The notes below the pieces were generated by a model, which worked only from the letters and a program-made list of their open reading frames with translations, made no database searches and was not told the DNA's origin. A stretch of 63,986 nucleotides of DNA, filler included, from Octopus bimaculoides (Eukaryota), in NCBI RefSeq assembly GCF_001194135.2. It is 8 parts of 7 records of this genome, joined end to end, with 100 filler letters (N's around TTAATTAATTAA, not from the genome) between each part and the next. Parts side by side here need not be neighbours in the genome. Positions count along the whole stretch, not along the records: positions 38,067 to 55,088 come from NC_069001.1; positions 55,189 to 58,791 come from NC_069010.1; positions 58,892 to 62,659 come from NC_068994.1; positions 62,760 to 63,986 come from NW_026344900.1; 4 more parts are not named here. One strand, written 5' to 3'. Both the position numbers and the translations under genes were made by a program. Positions 52,159 through 63,986 of this stretch are shown piece by piece; position 1 is the first letter of the stretch; the number at the start of each line of letters is the position of its first letter.

Positions 52159-53619
52159 GTACAGTTTTTCAAATATTTTCCCATCAATGTCTAACTCCAG
52201 CAAAAAAACTCAACTGTAACAGAAAGCTCCACTTCTGTGCGCGAGTTTGTGTAAGTCCTCGTTTCCCTGCTCACTAACGAGAAAGCAAAAAAACTAACCA
52301 TCATGTTATCGTGTGATATATGAGCGAAGATTATCAAATATGACATTTTTTCAGTCGTTCTTATGATTTCTTGTTTGGAGCTAAACTAGCTTCTGTACAA
52401 CAACAGCAATAGTCTTGTGTCTCATTTTCTCGTCAAACACAATTTTCGTCACATTCACGTTTTATTTACCACAAATATACCGCAAACGACAAGGAAACAC
52501 ACACACATGCACTCGCCCTCAATACAGGCAATGATACAGCCAAAGGAAGATACACACACACATATACACACACACTCATCTTGTCTCCATTTAACAAGGA
52601 TGTTCACGACTCTATCACCTTTGATCAACGTACTTTTCAAGCAGAGAAAGCCGAGTTGGGACGATAAACAAAAACCACAAATATTTTTGTAGTATTGCCC
52701 CCCCCCCCCTCCAACACACATATACCCATACACACTCACACTCATTCATACATTTCACTAACCTCCCCAGTCCCCACACCACAAGGGTCCCGTTTCAGAA
52801 TCTAACCATTTCAATGGCCTCCTTCACTTCCAGATTCCATCCGTCTTTCTCCATTGCAGAGAAATTCCAAGAGAATTTATACATTATTCATCTGTCTTAA
52901 TTCATTCCAAAATAAGTTTTTTTTTATTTGTTTTTGTTTTTATTTTATTGTTTGTCTGTTTAATTCATTTGCATCTTTCCTTCTGAGTATTTCTTTTCAT
53001 TACTCCGAACAATTTTTGTATTTATTTTGCTGTTGTTGTTGTTGTTATCGCTGATAATGTTCTAATTTTTATCGATGCATTCTTCTCGTTGTCGTTGCTG
53101 TCGCTATAGCTTTCATCCATGTTATAGATACTACTCATACCGCTGTTTCTCTTGTGATAGTTACTATTGTTACTGTTGCTGCTCTACTTGCTGTGGTCTT
53201 TATTCGTCTTGTTGCTGTTGTGGCTGTTTCTCCTCTCTCTGTCCTTCATTTCCTCATGTATTTTATATCCTCGTTACTGGTTCTTTTTGATATTTTAACT
53301 CATCATTCTGACGTTTATTACGCAGCCGTCATTTTACGTCCTTCCTCCTACACACATCCAACCCCTTATATGCGTACATCGACCGCAACCACACAGCGTA
53401 ACCAGTCATACTACACCATCCACAAATCACCATTAACCACCTAACAATACCCTTCTTACTATAACAAACCACCCCTCCATATTAAACCACCTGCAAAAGA
53501 ATCCCATCTCGACTACACCGTTATTTATACTGCACAGTTTTCTATACTAGACCACCATTAACTCAACACTACAGCCCATACTACTCTACTACCCATATGC
53601 CATCATCTAGACTCCAGCA

Positions 53620-53820
53620 TACGAGGGGGTGCTGAAAAGATCCCAGTTTTGTGTAAAAGAAAATAATAGAGGATCAGTAAATTATGATTTTATTCAACAC
53701 ATTCCCCTCTCAGATACACACATTTATTGTAGTGGTCCTGTAAAAGAACTCGGAAGGTTAGGCCACTTACCAGCCCTTTCACGATATCCTTAAAGCTAGG
53801 AACTTTTCATCATCGCCTCG
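53620..53820. mobile_element. ~200-bp mariner-type MITE, decayed
   Basis: The left end ta-cgagggggtgctgaaaagatcccagtttt compares with the reverse complement of the right end, cgaggcgatgatgaaaagttcctagcttt. The left TA is present and the right TA is lost. Confidence 0.7.
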
Positions 53821-53913
53821 CCATCACATCGCCTTCAACGACGAATCATCCTTTTATTTTGCCCATTTCCGTTCGTTATTATATTCTGCAATTCTTACCT
53901 TATACTTTTTTGT

Positions 53914-53947
<34 letters not shown>

Positions 53948-55188
53948 TTCAAACAAGAAAAACGACAAGAAAAAACAACAAAAAACAGCAACGCGAGGAC
54001 GTGATACAGATAGTGTTACTGGACGTGTGTATACATGCATATATATTTACATTTATACATATATGCATGTGTGTATATATATATATATACTTACACAGAG
54101 GGTGAGAGAGAGGGAGACATATACACAAAAACATACATACACACACACACGCACATATGCACAGCCACATACGCACACCAGACATACATTAAATATTAGA
54201 TGTGGCCTCTTAAATTTGTTTAAAAAAACATCTCTTCTACTCTCAAGTGTTTTTTATAGAGATCTAACTTGTGTTTTTCTACCACCAGTCACTTCCATCC
54301 CCACATGCAGCATTCATTCCTTGCACTCATCTTTACCGAACAGTCAAGTAACCGATTCTTTGTGATTCAATCAGATTCCTCTTCGCAGAATTCTTGCAGA
54401 TACTTAACAATATGACAAAAGGCATGTTTGTTGGAATCAGAGGAATTCATGAATATATATGAGTAAGTTAACATGTGCATAACTATATGTTGGTGACTGC
54501 ATCGAATTTTTGGCATTCATATGCATACGAGACAATATGTGACATGTAAAACTTGTTCTTTTATTAAAAAAAAAAGAATAATATAACACAAGAGTAGAGA
54601 AAATAAACGAATTACAAGTCAGAAACACAGCTGTTTCGTAAACGTTGTAACAGAATCAACAAGGTAATTAGATAGGGTTTCGTGTATAAATGTTTTTCTA
54701 GGGGCGTTTGTGTACATGAACATGTATATAAACAAATGTACATACATGCATATATGTAAGTGTACATACATGCATGCAATTCCATCGAGTGAAAAACTAT
54801 TTCATTATGCATTATCTGTTCAAATGTATGCTAATAATCTATTTCTAGTTTTAAATATTTTTTGCAATAACTACAATTCCGCCATGATTTCACGTCCGAT
54901 TTCTAGCGAAGTGAAGGTTACTTGGTGTTATCAGATTCATATTTACCAAATACTTTGGGGGTTTATTTAAGAAATATTTGACCTAATAGTGAAAAATTAA
55001 AGTGTTATAGCGACAGTGGATTAACAATTATGCTCCACCAAATGTCTGGAAAGCAACATATATGATTGTGTGGTAAGAAGCTTGCTCCNNNNNNNNNNNN
55101 NNNNNNNNNNNNNNNNNNNNNNNNNNNNNNNNTTAATTAATTAANNNNNNNNNNNNNNNNNNNNNNNNNNNNNNNNNNNNNNNNNNNN

Positions 55189-55400
55189 AGAAATGAGTTG
55201 CGATGTCTCACTGGTGCCAAGCTGTATCGGCCCCTTTTGCCTGTCCCTTGGACATCATCAGTGGCGTGAAGAGGGGAGGCCGGTATGCATGGGCGACTGC
55301 TGGCCTTCCATAAACAACCCTGCATGCACTTGTGCCTTGGAGGGGTACTTCCCAGGTGCAATCCTATGGTCGTTCATGACCGAAGGCGGGGGGGGGGGTC
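55189..55400 (+). mobile_element. SINE-D 3' portion (RTE-like tail)
   Basis: Matches the reverse complement of 35110-35320. Confidence 0.8.
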
Positions 55401-55614
55401 TTTACCCTTTTACCATATGTACCATTATCAACAGATTTGGTACGTTTTTTTAATGAGGTTGGAGTGACTACAAAAACTACATAAACGCAGAAATCTGTTC
55501 AAAAACACAGAGCAAGGGATCATTTCAAAGGTTGTCGATATCTAAGGACTTAAGTTCTGACTTGGCAACACGGACCTTAATTCCAAATGTAATACACGTG
55601 TCCATACCATTAAA

Positions 55615-56052
55615 TAGCAATAATTCTTTCTAACTTTGGCACAAGGCCAGGGGAAGGCGGTTAGTTGATTATACTGACCCCCAGGGCTCAACTGGTACTT
55701 AATTTATCGACCCTGGGAGAGTGAACAACAAAGCTGACCGTGGCTGGATTTGAACTAAGAATGTAAAGAACTGGTAAGAATTATTGCAAGCATTTTATCC
55801 AACAATCTAACGATTCTTATTTCTTTATTGCCCACAAGGGGCTAAACAAAGAGGGGACAAACAAGAGTAAACAAAGGGATTAAGTCGATTACATCGAACC
55901 CCCCAGTGTGTAACTGGTACTTAATTTATCGACTCCAAAAGGATGAAAGGCAAAGTTGACCTCGGCAGAATTTGAACTCAGAACACGAAGACAGAAAAAA
56001 TGCCGTGAAGTGTTTTGCCCGTCACGCTAACGATTCTGCCAGCTTTCCACCC
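55615..56052 (-). mobile_element. Two tandem SINE-B copies
   Basis: Family motifs aactggtacttaatttatcgac...gaatttgaact occur twice. Confidence 0.8.
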
Positions 56053-56054
56053 TA

Positions 56055-56068
56055 ACAATAACAATAAC

Positions 56069-56119
<51 letters not shown>

Positions 56120-56173
56120 CATCATCATCATCATCATCGTCGTTTAACGTCCGCTTTCCATGCTAGCATGGGT
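56055..56173 (-). repeat. (AAT)n/(CAT)n tail plus SINE-C 3' end
   Basis: catcatcgtcgtttaacgtccgctttccatgctagcatgggt, then a gap. Confidence 0.8.
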
Positions 56174-56460
56174 NNNNNNNNNNNNNNNNNNNNNNNNNNN
56201 NNNNNNNNNNNNNNNNNNNNNNNNNNNNNNNNNNNNNNNNNNNNNNNNNNNNNNNNNNNNNNNNNNNNNNNNNNNNNNNNNNNNNNNNNNNNNNNNNNNN
56301 NNNNNNNNNNNNNNNNNNNNNNNNNNNNNNNNNNNNNNNNNNNNNNNNNNNNNNNNNNNNNNNNNNNNNNNNNNNNNNNNNNNNNNNNNNNNNNNNNNNN
56401 NNNNNNNNNNNNNNNNNNNNNNNNNNNNNNNNNNNNNNNNNNNNNNNNNNNNNNNNNNNN

Positions 56461-56672
56461 TAGCAATAATTCTTTCTAACTTTGGCACAAGGCCAGGGGA
56501 AGGCGGTTAGTTGATTATACTGACCCCCAGGGCTCAACTGGTACTTAATTTATCGACCCCCCGAAAGGATGAAAGGTAAAGTCAACCTCGGCGGAATTTG
56601 AACTCAGAACGTTAAGACAGACAACAAGCTGCTAAGTATTCTGGGTAACATGTTAACAATTCTGCCAGCTCA
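56461..56672 (-). mobile_element. SINE-B copy
   Basis: Family match. The first 99 bp are identical to 55615-55713. Confidence 0.8.
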
Positions 56673-56869
56673 CCAATAATAATAATAATAATAATAATAA
56701 TAGTAATAATAATTCATTGGGATGGCCACATGGAGTGGTGGACAATGAATAATGGAGACCAATTTTATAGCCACAATGGCAAATACATACACAAAAACAT
56801 TTGTATACACCAGAGAAGAGGCATCTAGCATTTCAATGTGCATATATGTGTGTATATGTGTATATGTAT

Positions 56870-57090
56870 ATTCTTTTAGTCTTCTAAATGTTTCAGCCAT
56901 TTAAGTGCGGCCATGCTGGAGCACTGCCTTTTAGTCGAAGAAACTGACCCCCAGGACTTATTCTTTGTGACCGTAATACTTATTCTATCAGACTATTTAG
57001 CCAAACTGCTAAGTTTCGGGGACATAAACACACCAACATCGGTTGTCAAGTGATGGCGGAGGGACAAACACAGACACAAACACACACATA
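56870..57090 (-). mobile_element. SINE-A 3' module
   Basis: gtttcagccattt...gcggccatgctggagcactgcc...ctaagtttcgggg...ggttgtcaagtgatgg. Confidence 0.8.
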
Positions 57091-57740
57091 AATATATATA
57101 TACATATATATATAACACTGGACTCTCTTGTCGCTAGAACAACCACACAGATGATCTGTTTATTGTGATCAAACGTTTGTGTAGACAGAAGCTCACTCTG
57201 TCCATTAGGTCGACATTACCTGCACAGGTACACAGTGTGCCACATGTCAGATGTTGAAATGATCGCAAAGCAACGAGAAATGAAGTGCTTTGGACTATGA
57301 CGAGGCTTTAGTGGATCGTACTCACCCTGGTATTTATCACACTGAGATACATATATTATCGATCTCTATTTATCGAACTACTAAGTTACAGGAGATGAAG
57401 AGACAGAGCCTCGACAACAGTACCCGATATTGGAGCAGAGTAAATAAAACACACGCGATAATATACACTCACACACATATGAACACAAACATTTATACAC
57501 GTGCACAAACACACAAAAACATACAAAGACACACATGTATATATATATATATATATATATATACGTGTGTGTGTGCATATATATATACATATATGTGTAT
57601 GTACATGTGTGTGTATATATACACACAATATATACAAGACGCTTCTGCAATTTCCCTTCACACATTGTAGACCAATGTATATAAATACAATATATACACT
57701 TTATTTGTATACATACAAACATATACACACATTATGTGAG

Positions 57741-57777
<37 letters not shown>

Positions 57778-57794
57778 CAGACATCCACTCTTTC

Positions 57795-57825
<31 letters not shown>

Positions 57826-57913
57826 TTATATATGTGTATGTGTTTATGTGTGTGTGGTTATCTGCATATATACACATAGCAGATGCGAAAATGAGGATAT
57901 CAATAAACATAAA

Positions 57914-57965
<52 letters not shown>

Positions 57966-58237
57966 NNNNNNNNNNNNNNNNNNNNNNNNNNNNNNNNNNN
58001 NNNNNNNNNNNNNNNNNNNNNNNNNNNNNNNNNNNNNNNNNNNNNNNNNNNNNNNNNNNNNNNNNNNNNNNNNNNNNNNNNNNNNNNNNNNNNNNNNNNN
58101 NNNNNNNNNNNNNNNNNNNNNNNNNNNNNNNNNNNNNNNNNNNNNNNNNNNNNNNNNNNNNNNNNNNNNNNNNNNNNNNNNNNNNNNNNNNNNNNNNNNN
58201 NNNNNNNNNNNNNNNNNNATATATGTATATATATACA

Positions 58238-58382
58238 TACAGGGTGTCCACAAAGTCTGGGAACATGAGGATTAACACATACTTTTAAAACAAAACAATT
58301 TCATTTAATTATAATGTTAATATTTAATTGTCTTTGTTATTTTATTTACTCCATGTAACCAGACTTTGTGGACACCCAATAT
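58238..58382. mobile_element. ~143-bp Tc1/mariner-type MITE
   Basis: TA-CAGGGTGTCCACAAAGTCTGGgaACATG ... CATGTaaCCAGACTTTGTGGACACCC. The TIR core is perfect over 20 bp and the interior is AT-rich. Confidence 0.8.
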
Positions 58383-58624
58383 ATATGCTGCTTTTAAATA
58401 AAGTATATATATATGTATATATATACACACACACAAATTATACACAGGCAGACATATATGTATATACTCCGTACTCTTCATACGTACAGGGCATGGAAAA
58501 TCACCCATTCATACGTGCAGACAAAATGCTTCTAAAATGAATGAGAGAAGAGCAGGAGCTATTACTACTACTACTACTACTGCTGCCAGGAGGTCAATGA
58601 ATCTATGAGAAACAACTAGAAGAG

Positions 58625-58790
58625 AGGATGGTGATGGTGGTAGTGGCGCTGGCAATGGTGGTGCCGATGATGATGATGATGATGATGATGTTGAAGGTGG
58701 TGGTGGTGGTGGTGGTGGTGGTGGTTGAGATGGTGTCGATGATGGTGGTGGCAATGGTGGTGGTGATGTTGAGTGCATTGTTGATGATGA
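58625..58790. repeat. (GGT)/(GAT)n compound microsatellite
   Basis: Direct reading. Confidence 0.9.
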
Positions 58791-58930
58791 TNNNNNNNNN
58801 NNNNNNNNNNNNNNNNNNNNNNNNNNNNNNNNNNNTTAATTAATTAANNNNNNNNNNNNNNNNNNNNNNNNNNNNNNNNNNNNNNNNNNNNCGGGCCCCC
58901 CCCCCCACAACCGGATGCAGATAGAACATG

Positions 58931-58971
58931 CTTTGCTGATAAGGTTTAATAAGACCAAAACGTGTCCAGAG
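58931..58971 (+). ncRNA. Decayed minimal type I hammerhead-like relic
   Basis: CTTTG-CTGATAA-GGT(ttaataag)ACC-AAAAC-GTGTC-CAGAG reverts to CTGATGA...CC-GAAAC-GCGTC by three transitions, two of them at CpG. Stem I is CUUUG/CAGAG. Confidence 0.45.
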
Positions 58972-60530
58972 TTGTCGTAACACAGCTATAGTTCAGACAT
59001 ACTTTCCACTGGTTTTTCATATTTAATAATGAATTTTAATTAAAATTATGGGTTGGGAGGGAAGTTGTCTTCCCCCTCCTACTCCTTTCCCCTTTTTTTT
59101 TTAGGATTTAGCTGAAAATTATTAGCTTGCTACACGGAAGTATATGCAAGCATGATTTTTTTTTCTCTGTCTGTCTGTCTGTCTGTGTGTATGTGTGATC
59201 TGTATTATTACATCATTCACTATTTTGGATTGTAACTGTTTCTCTCTCTCTCCACACAATCTCCGTCACTCAACACTAACACTCTCTCTGCTGCCCCCCC
59301 CCCCAGCCTCCTCCATTTTCATCTCTTCTTCTTTATCCCCACAACACTGAAATTTGTTACCTTACTCCTCTCTTCTCTCCCCCCCCTCCACNNNNNNNNN
59401 NNNNNNNNNNNNNNNNNNNNNNNNNNNNNNNNNNNNNNNNNNNNNNNNNNNNNNNNNNNNNNNNNNNNNNNNNNNNNNNNNNNNNNNNNNNNNNNNNNNN
59501 NNNNNNNNNNNNNNNNNNNNNNNNNNNNNNNNNNNNNNNNNNNNNNNNNNNNNNNNNNNNNNNNNNNNNNNNNNNNNNNNNNNNNNNNNNNNNNNNNNNN
59601 NNNNNNNNNNNNNNNNNNNNNNNNNNNNNNNNNNNNNNNNNNNNNNNNNNNNNNNNNNNNNNNNNNNNNNNNNNNNNNNNNNNNNNNNNNNNNNNNNNNN
59701 NNNNNNNNNNNNNNNNNNNNNNNNNNNNNNNNNNNNNNNNNNNNNNNNNNNNNNNNNNNNNNNNNNNNNNNNNNNNNNNNNNNNNNNNNNNNNNNNNNNN
59801 NNNNNNNNNNNNNNNNNNNNNNNNNNNNNNNNNNNNNNNNNNNNNNNNNNNNNNNNNNNNNNNNNNNNNNNNNNNNNNNNNNNNNNNNNNNNNNNNNNNN
59901 NNNNNNNNNNNNNNNNNNNNNNNNNNNNNNNNNNNNNNNNNNNNNNNNNNNNNNNNNNNNNNNNNNNNNNNNNNNNNNNNNNNNNNNNNNNNNNNNNNNN
60001 NNNNNNNNNNNNNNNNNNNNNNNNNNNNNNNNNNNNNNNNNNNNNNNNNNNNNNNNNNNNNNNNNNNNNNNNNNNNNNNNNNNNNNNNNNNNNNNNNNNN
60101 NNNNNNNNNNNNNNNNNNNNNNNNNNNNNNNNNNNNNNNNNNNNNNNNNNNNNNNNNNNNNNNNNNNNNNNNNNNNNNNNNNNNNNNNNNNNNNNNNNNN
60201 NNNNNNNNNNNNNNNNNNNNNNNNNNNNNNNNNNNNNNNNNNNNNNNNNNNNNNNNNNNNNNNNNNNNNNNNNNNNNNNNNNNNNNNNNNNNNNNNNNNN
60301 NNNNNNNNNNNNNNNNNNNNNNNNNNNNNNNNNNNNNNNNNNNNNNNNNNNNNNNNNNNNNNNNNNNNNNNNNNNNNNNNNNNNNNNNNNGTGTGTGTGT
60401 GTGTGTGTGTGTGTTTATGCTGAGATATATGCATGTGTGCTGGTTAAATAAGTAGTTAAATGATAAGTGTGTGTATGTGTGGACTGAGATTTTGTTTTAA
60501 GGTATGTGTGTTACTTTATTATATGTGCGT

Positions 60531-60564
<34 letters not shown>

Positions 60565-60721
60565 TGGTATACAGCAGTTAAATAGTGTGTGTGTGTAGAT
60601 GAACTGAGGTTTTGATTTGACATGTTGGTCTATTTAGTATGTGAATGCATATGTGTATGTATGTATACATGTATGTGTATACACTTGTATGTGTGTGTGT
60701 GTACATATACAAGTGTGTGCA

Positions 60722-60865
60722 GCTTGCCTGCCTTGGTCAAATCGTCTGACCCATGCCAGCACGGACAACAGATGTTAAATGATGATGATGGTATATTTAT
60801 GTGCGTAGGTGCAGGTGTGGCTGTGTGGTAAAATGTTTGCTCCCCATCCACATGGTTCCGGGTTC
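60722..60865 (+). mobile_element. SINE-C 3' end followed by a SINE-A head fragment
   Basis: ggtcaaatcgtctgacccatgccagcacgg...gatgttaaatgatgatgatg, then gtgcaggtgtggctgtgtggtaa...catggttccgggttc. Confidence 0.7.
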
Positions 60866-61844
60866 TTCTACTATATTTTGGGGCTAACCAAGNNNNNNNN
60901 NNNNNNNNNNNNNNNNNNNNNNNNNNNNNNNNNNNNNNNNNNNNNNNNNNNNNNNNNNNNNNNNNNNNNNNNNNNNNNNNNNNNNNNNNNNNNNNNNNNN
61001 NNNNNNNNNNNNNNNNNNNNNNNNNNNNNNNNNNNNNNNNNNNNNNNNNNNNNNNNNNNNNNNNNNNNNNNNNNNNNNNNNNNNNNNNNNNNNNNNNNNN
61101 NNNNNNNNNNNNNNNNNNNNNNNNNNNNNNNNNNNNNNNNNNNNNNNNNNNNNNNNNNNNNNNNNNNNNNNNNNNNNNNNNNNNNNNNNNNNNNNNNNNN
61201 NNNNNNNNNNNNNNNNNNNNNNNNNNNNNNNNNNNNNNNNNNNNNNNNNNNNNNNNNNNNNNNNNNNNNNNNNNNNNNNNNNNNNNNNNNNNNNNNNNNN
61301 NNNNNNNNNNNNNNNNNNNNNNNNNNNNNNNNNNNNNNNNNNNNNNNNNNNNNNNNNNNNNNNNNNNNNNNNNNNNNNNNNNNNNNNNNNNNNNNNNNNN
61401 NNNNNNNNNNNNNNNNNNNNNNNNNNNNNNNNNNNNNNNNNNNNNNNNNNNNNNNNNNNAGACTTTGATAAGTAGAAAGGGAGGGAGGGAGAGGGGCTGA
61501 CTTGACTGGAGTAAAGTTGTATAAATGGTAATGATTTTGTTTAAATTTCAAGTTGTCTTGGGGTTAGAGAGGGAGCGGCATGGCAGGGTAGGTGGGTGGG
61601 TGGAGCAAGCAAAGGTGGTAGGGAAGATGGTTGTTTGGGAGGAAGAATATGTGTAATAGTGTTGATGTATCTGTCTGTCTGCCTGTCTCAAGGGGTGGAA
61701 CAGGGAGTGGAAGAGTAAGAAAGTGTGTGTGTGTGTATGTGTGTTGGAGCAGACAGAGCGAAAAGAAAAGGGCCCCTAATGATGACAAGGAGGGGACAGA
61801 GAAGCACAGTCACTGTTGTTATTGATAAAGACTACAAAAAGCAA

Positions 61845-62160
61845 AGCCTTGTTTTGTCCAACCCTAATAATTATACTATGTGTCCCCGCACCCTTAATTG
61901 TTTCTTATTTAAGCAAAAGGCCAACAATTTTGAGGGGAGGGGACAGGAAGGCTTAGTCAATTACTAAGTTATTGAAAGGCGAAGTTAACCTGGATCAGAT
62001 TTGAACTTAGAGCATAGATGTTCCTAACATGAGGCAGATGGCCTAAAATCTTGGAGGAAGGGAACAGTTGAGTAAATCCATTCCTTTATTTTATTGACCC
62101 CTGAGAGGAATGAAAAGCTAAGATGACCTCAGTGCGACTTGAACTCAGATTGTTAAGACT
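61845..62160 (-). mobile_element. SINE-B remnants, strongly decayed
   Basis: aaggccaacaattttgagggg...gaaaggcgaagttaacct...atttgaact, and ttattgacccc...atgaaaagctaagatgacctcagt...ttgaactcaga. Confidence 0.6.
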
Positions 62161-62248
62161 TACTTCAAATTAGAGGCTCCTGTGTCTTGAGACGTATGAG
62201 GCAGTGATTGCGGTTCCTTGCTTCTCTCAAAATATCCATTCCATGTTC

Positions 62249-62475
62249 TTATTTCTTTATTGCCCACAAGGGGCTAAACATAGAGGGGGATAAACAAGGA
62301 CAGACAAAGGGATTAAGTCAATTAGATCAACCCCAGTGCATAGCTGGTACTTAATTTATCGACCCCAAAAGGATGAAAGGCAAAGTCAACCTCGGCGGAA
62401 TTTGAACTCAGAATGTAACGGCAGATGAAATACCGCTAAGCATTTCACCCGGCATGCTGTTTCTGCCAGCTCACC
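62249..62475 (-). mobile_element. SINE-B, near full length, CpG-decayed
   Basis: Aligns to 10497-10727 with about 10 CpG transitions and few other changes. Confidence 0.85.
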
Positions 62476-63986
62476 ATTCCATGTTCTGTCTACCATGTTG
62501 CATGTCCCTGTGTTGACCATTTGGTGCCAATTCATTTTTGGGAGTCCTCTCCATCTCTTTTGATCTGTTTTTCTACTGGCAAGTCCTTCACATGTGAATC
62601 GTATTACATGATCCAGCCCTACATTCTGGACAACTGACAGAACATGTTGGTGTGTGTGTNNNNNNNNNNNNNNNNNNNNNNNNNNNNNNNNNNNNNNNNN
62701 NNNTTAATTAATTAANNNNNNNNNNNNNNNNNNNNNNNNNNNNNNNNNNNNNNNNNNNNTAATTGAGATTCAGTTGAATCAGGTACTTAAGTTGAAGCAC
62801 CAAGTCAGTGCACTATTATCCGTACAACTCAAAGTAAGGTGAATAAAATCAAAATAAGCAACAGGATATCAAGAGGTGATGCAGTATGACCGTTTCAAGC
62901 AGCTCCATTTAACTGAACAATGCAATCATTACATCAATTTAAATGCAGAGCTATCCTCAGCTGCATAAATAAATAAATAGAATTTTTAATCAGTTGGACA
63001 CATTAATATAATTTTGTTCAAATTCTCTAACAGAGCAAGAAGACGGAGAAAGTCCATGTTGCTACTAATGTAGCTCAGAATATACTACACTTCTAAGAAC
63101 TTTATGAAGTTTGTTAGGGTCATTGTTTGTAAAGGATTGTGATTCACTTTTAATTTATTAGTCTTTTTTTTATCAACTACCAAATCTGAGGCTAGAGGAT
63201 AGTGTCTGTTTAGAATGGATAGACAGAGTGAGTTGACAGTTTATAGTTGGATATGGTCATAAATATTGTCAGGATTTTAGGATTTGTATAAGTAACTGTC
63301 TATAAAGGAGGCTGGGTAGGGGAAGACCCTAAATCAGGATGTTAATTACCAGATAAAGGGGCAAGACGCTAATAAAACCTATGATGTTAATACAGAGGAA
63401 ATTATCATGGAGTACTATGGATGATTGTATATAAACAATATTGTTATGCTGTATAAAGAAAAATTTAAGATTACTGAAAATGATATTATAACCAGAATAG
63501 ATAAACTGTGTATATATACCAATTTTCAACACTAGAAAGGGAAGATTACATAGAATTGGTTTAATATTCATACCTGTACTTAATTATTTACTTATAAGGT
63601 GGTTTCTATAAAGATTACTCTGGTTATTTACTTATGGAATACTGGGGTGATAAATTATGCTATCTTTATATTAGTTGTAAGCTAAGAATCAGAAAAAAAA
63701 AAATCAGAAAAATAAGTTGCACACAGATACATACATATATTTAACTATGTGCACACATGCAAATATGCACAAATATCTGTACTTTATTATGGGCATGCTA
63801 TAATCAACTCTTCAAGACTTAAGTAACTAGAAAGTTTATATTTCTCTTTAGGAACATTAATAACTTATAAGAGATAAGAGGTTAAGAGGTAAAGATATCA
63901 AAATAAGAAATTATAGAGTACATTATAGAATTTATAGGGTACATCGTGGTATGTTGATTTTTGTTTATTTTTTATGTGTCTCGACC

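Overview
This is repeat-rich, AT-rich non-coding animal DNA from a draft assembly. It contains roughly 8 kb of N, including seven artificial 100-bp joins (44 N + TTAATTAATTAA + 44 N). The dispersed repeats match what I recall of Octopus tRNA-derived SINEs, so an octopus/cephalopod origin is likely (inference, not checked). I cannot support any intact protein-coding gene. The supplied ORFs are microsatellite translations, N-spanning artefacts or unrecognisable short frames. What can be supported: about 25 copies or fragments of at least five SINE-like families, two decayed LINE reverse-transcriptase remnants, several small DNA-transposon derivatives (including a 72-bp hAT MITE with a perfect 8-bp TSD), many micro- and minisatellites, a ~1 kb local duplication, several long fold-back hairpins, and a CpG-rich unique segment near 6.5-7.1 kb that may be regulatory. 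Two signals stand out. First, four relics of minimal type I hammerhead ribozymes of the kind carried by Penelope-like elements and retrozymes; one is a single base from the canonical core, and one sits in a 79-bp-arm fold-back insertion with a 12-bp TSD. Second, repeat copies near the window ends show CpG-specific decay while central copies of the same families keep their CpGs, which suggests germline methylation domain boundaries. SINE-A to SINE-E are my own operational labels. Repeat boundaries were read by eye and are approximate unless stated as exact.
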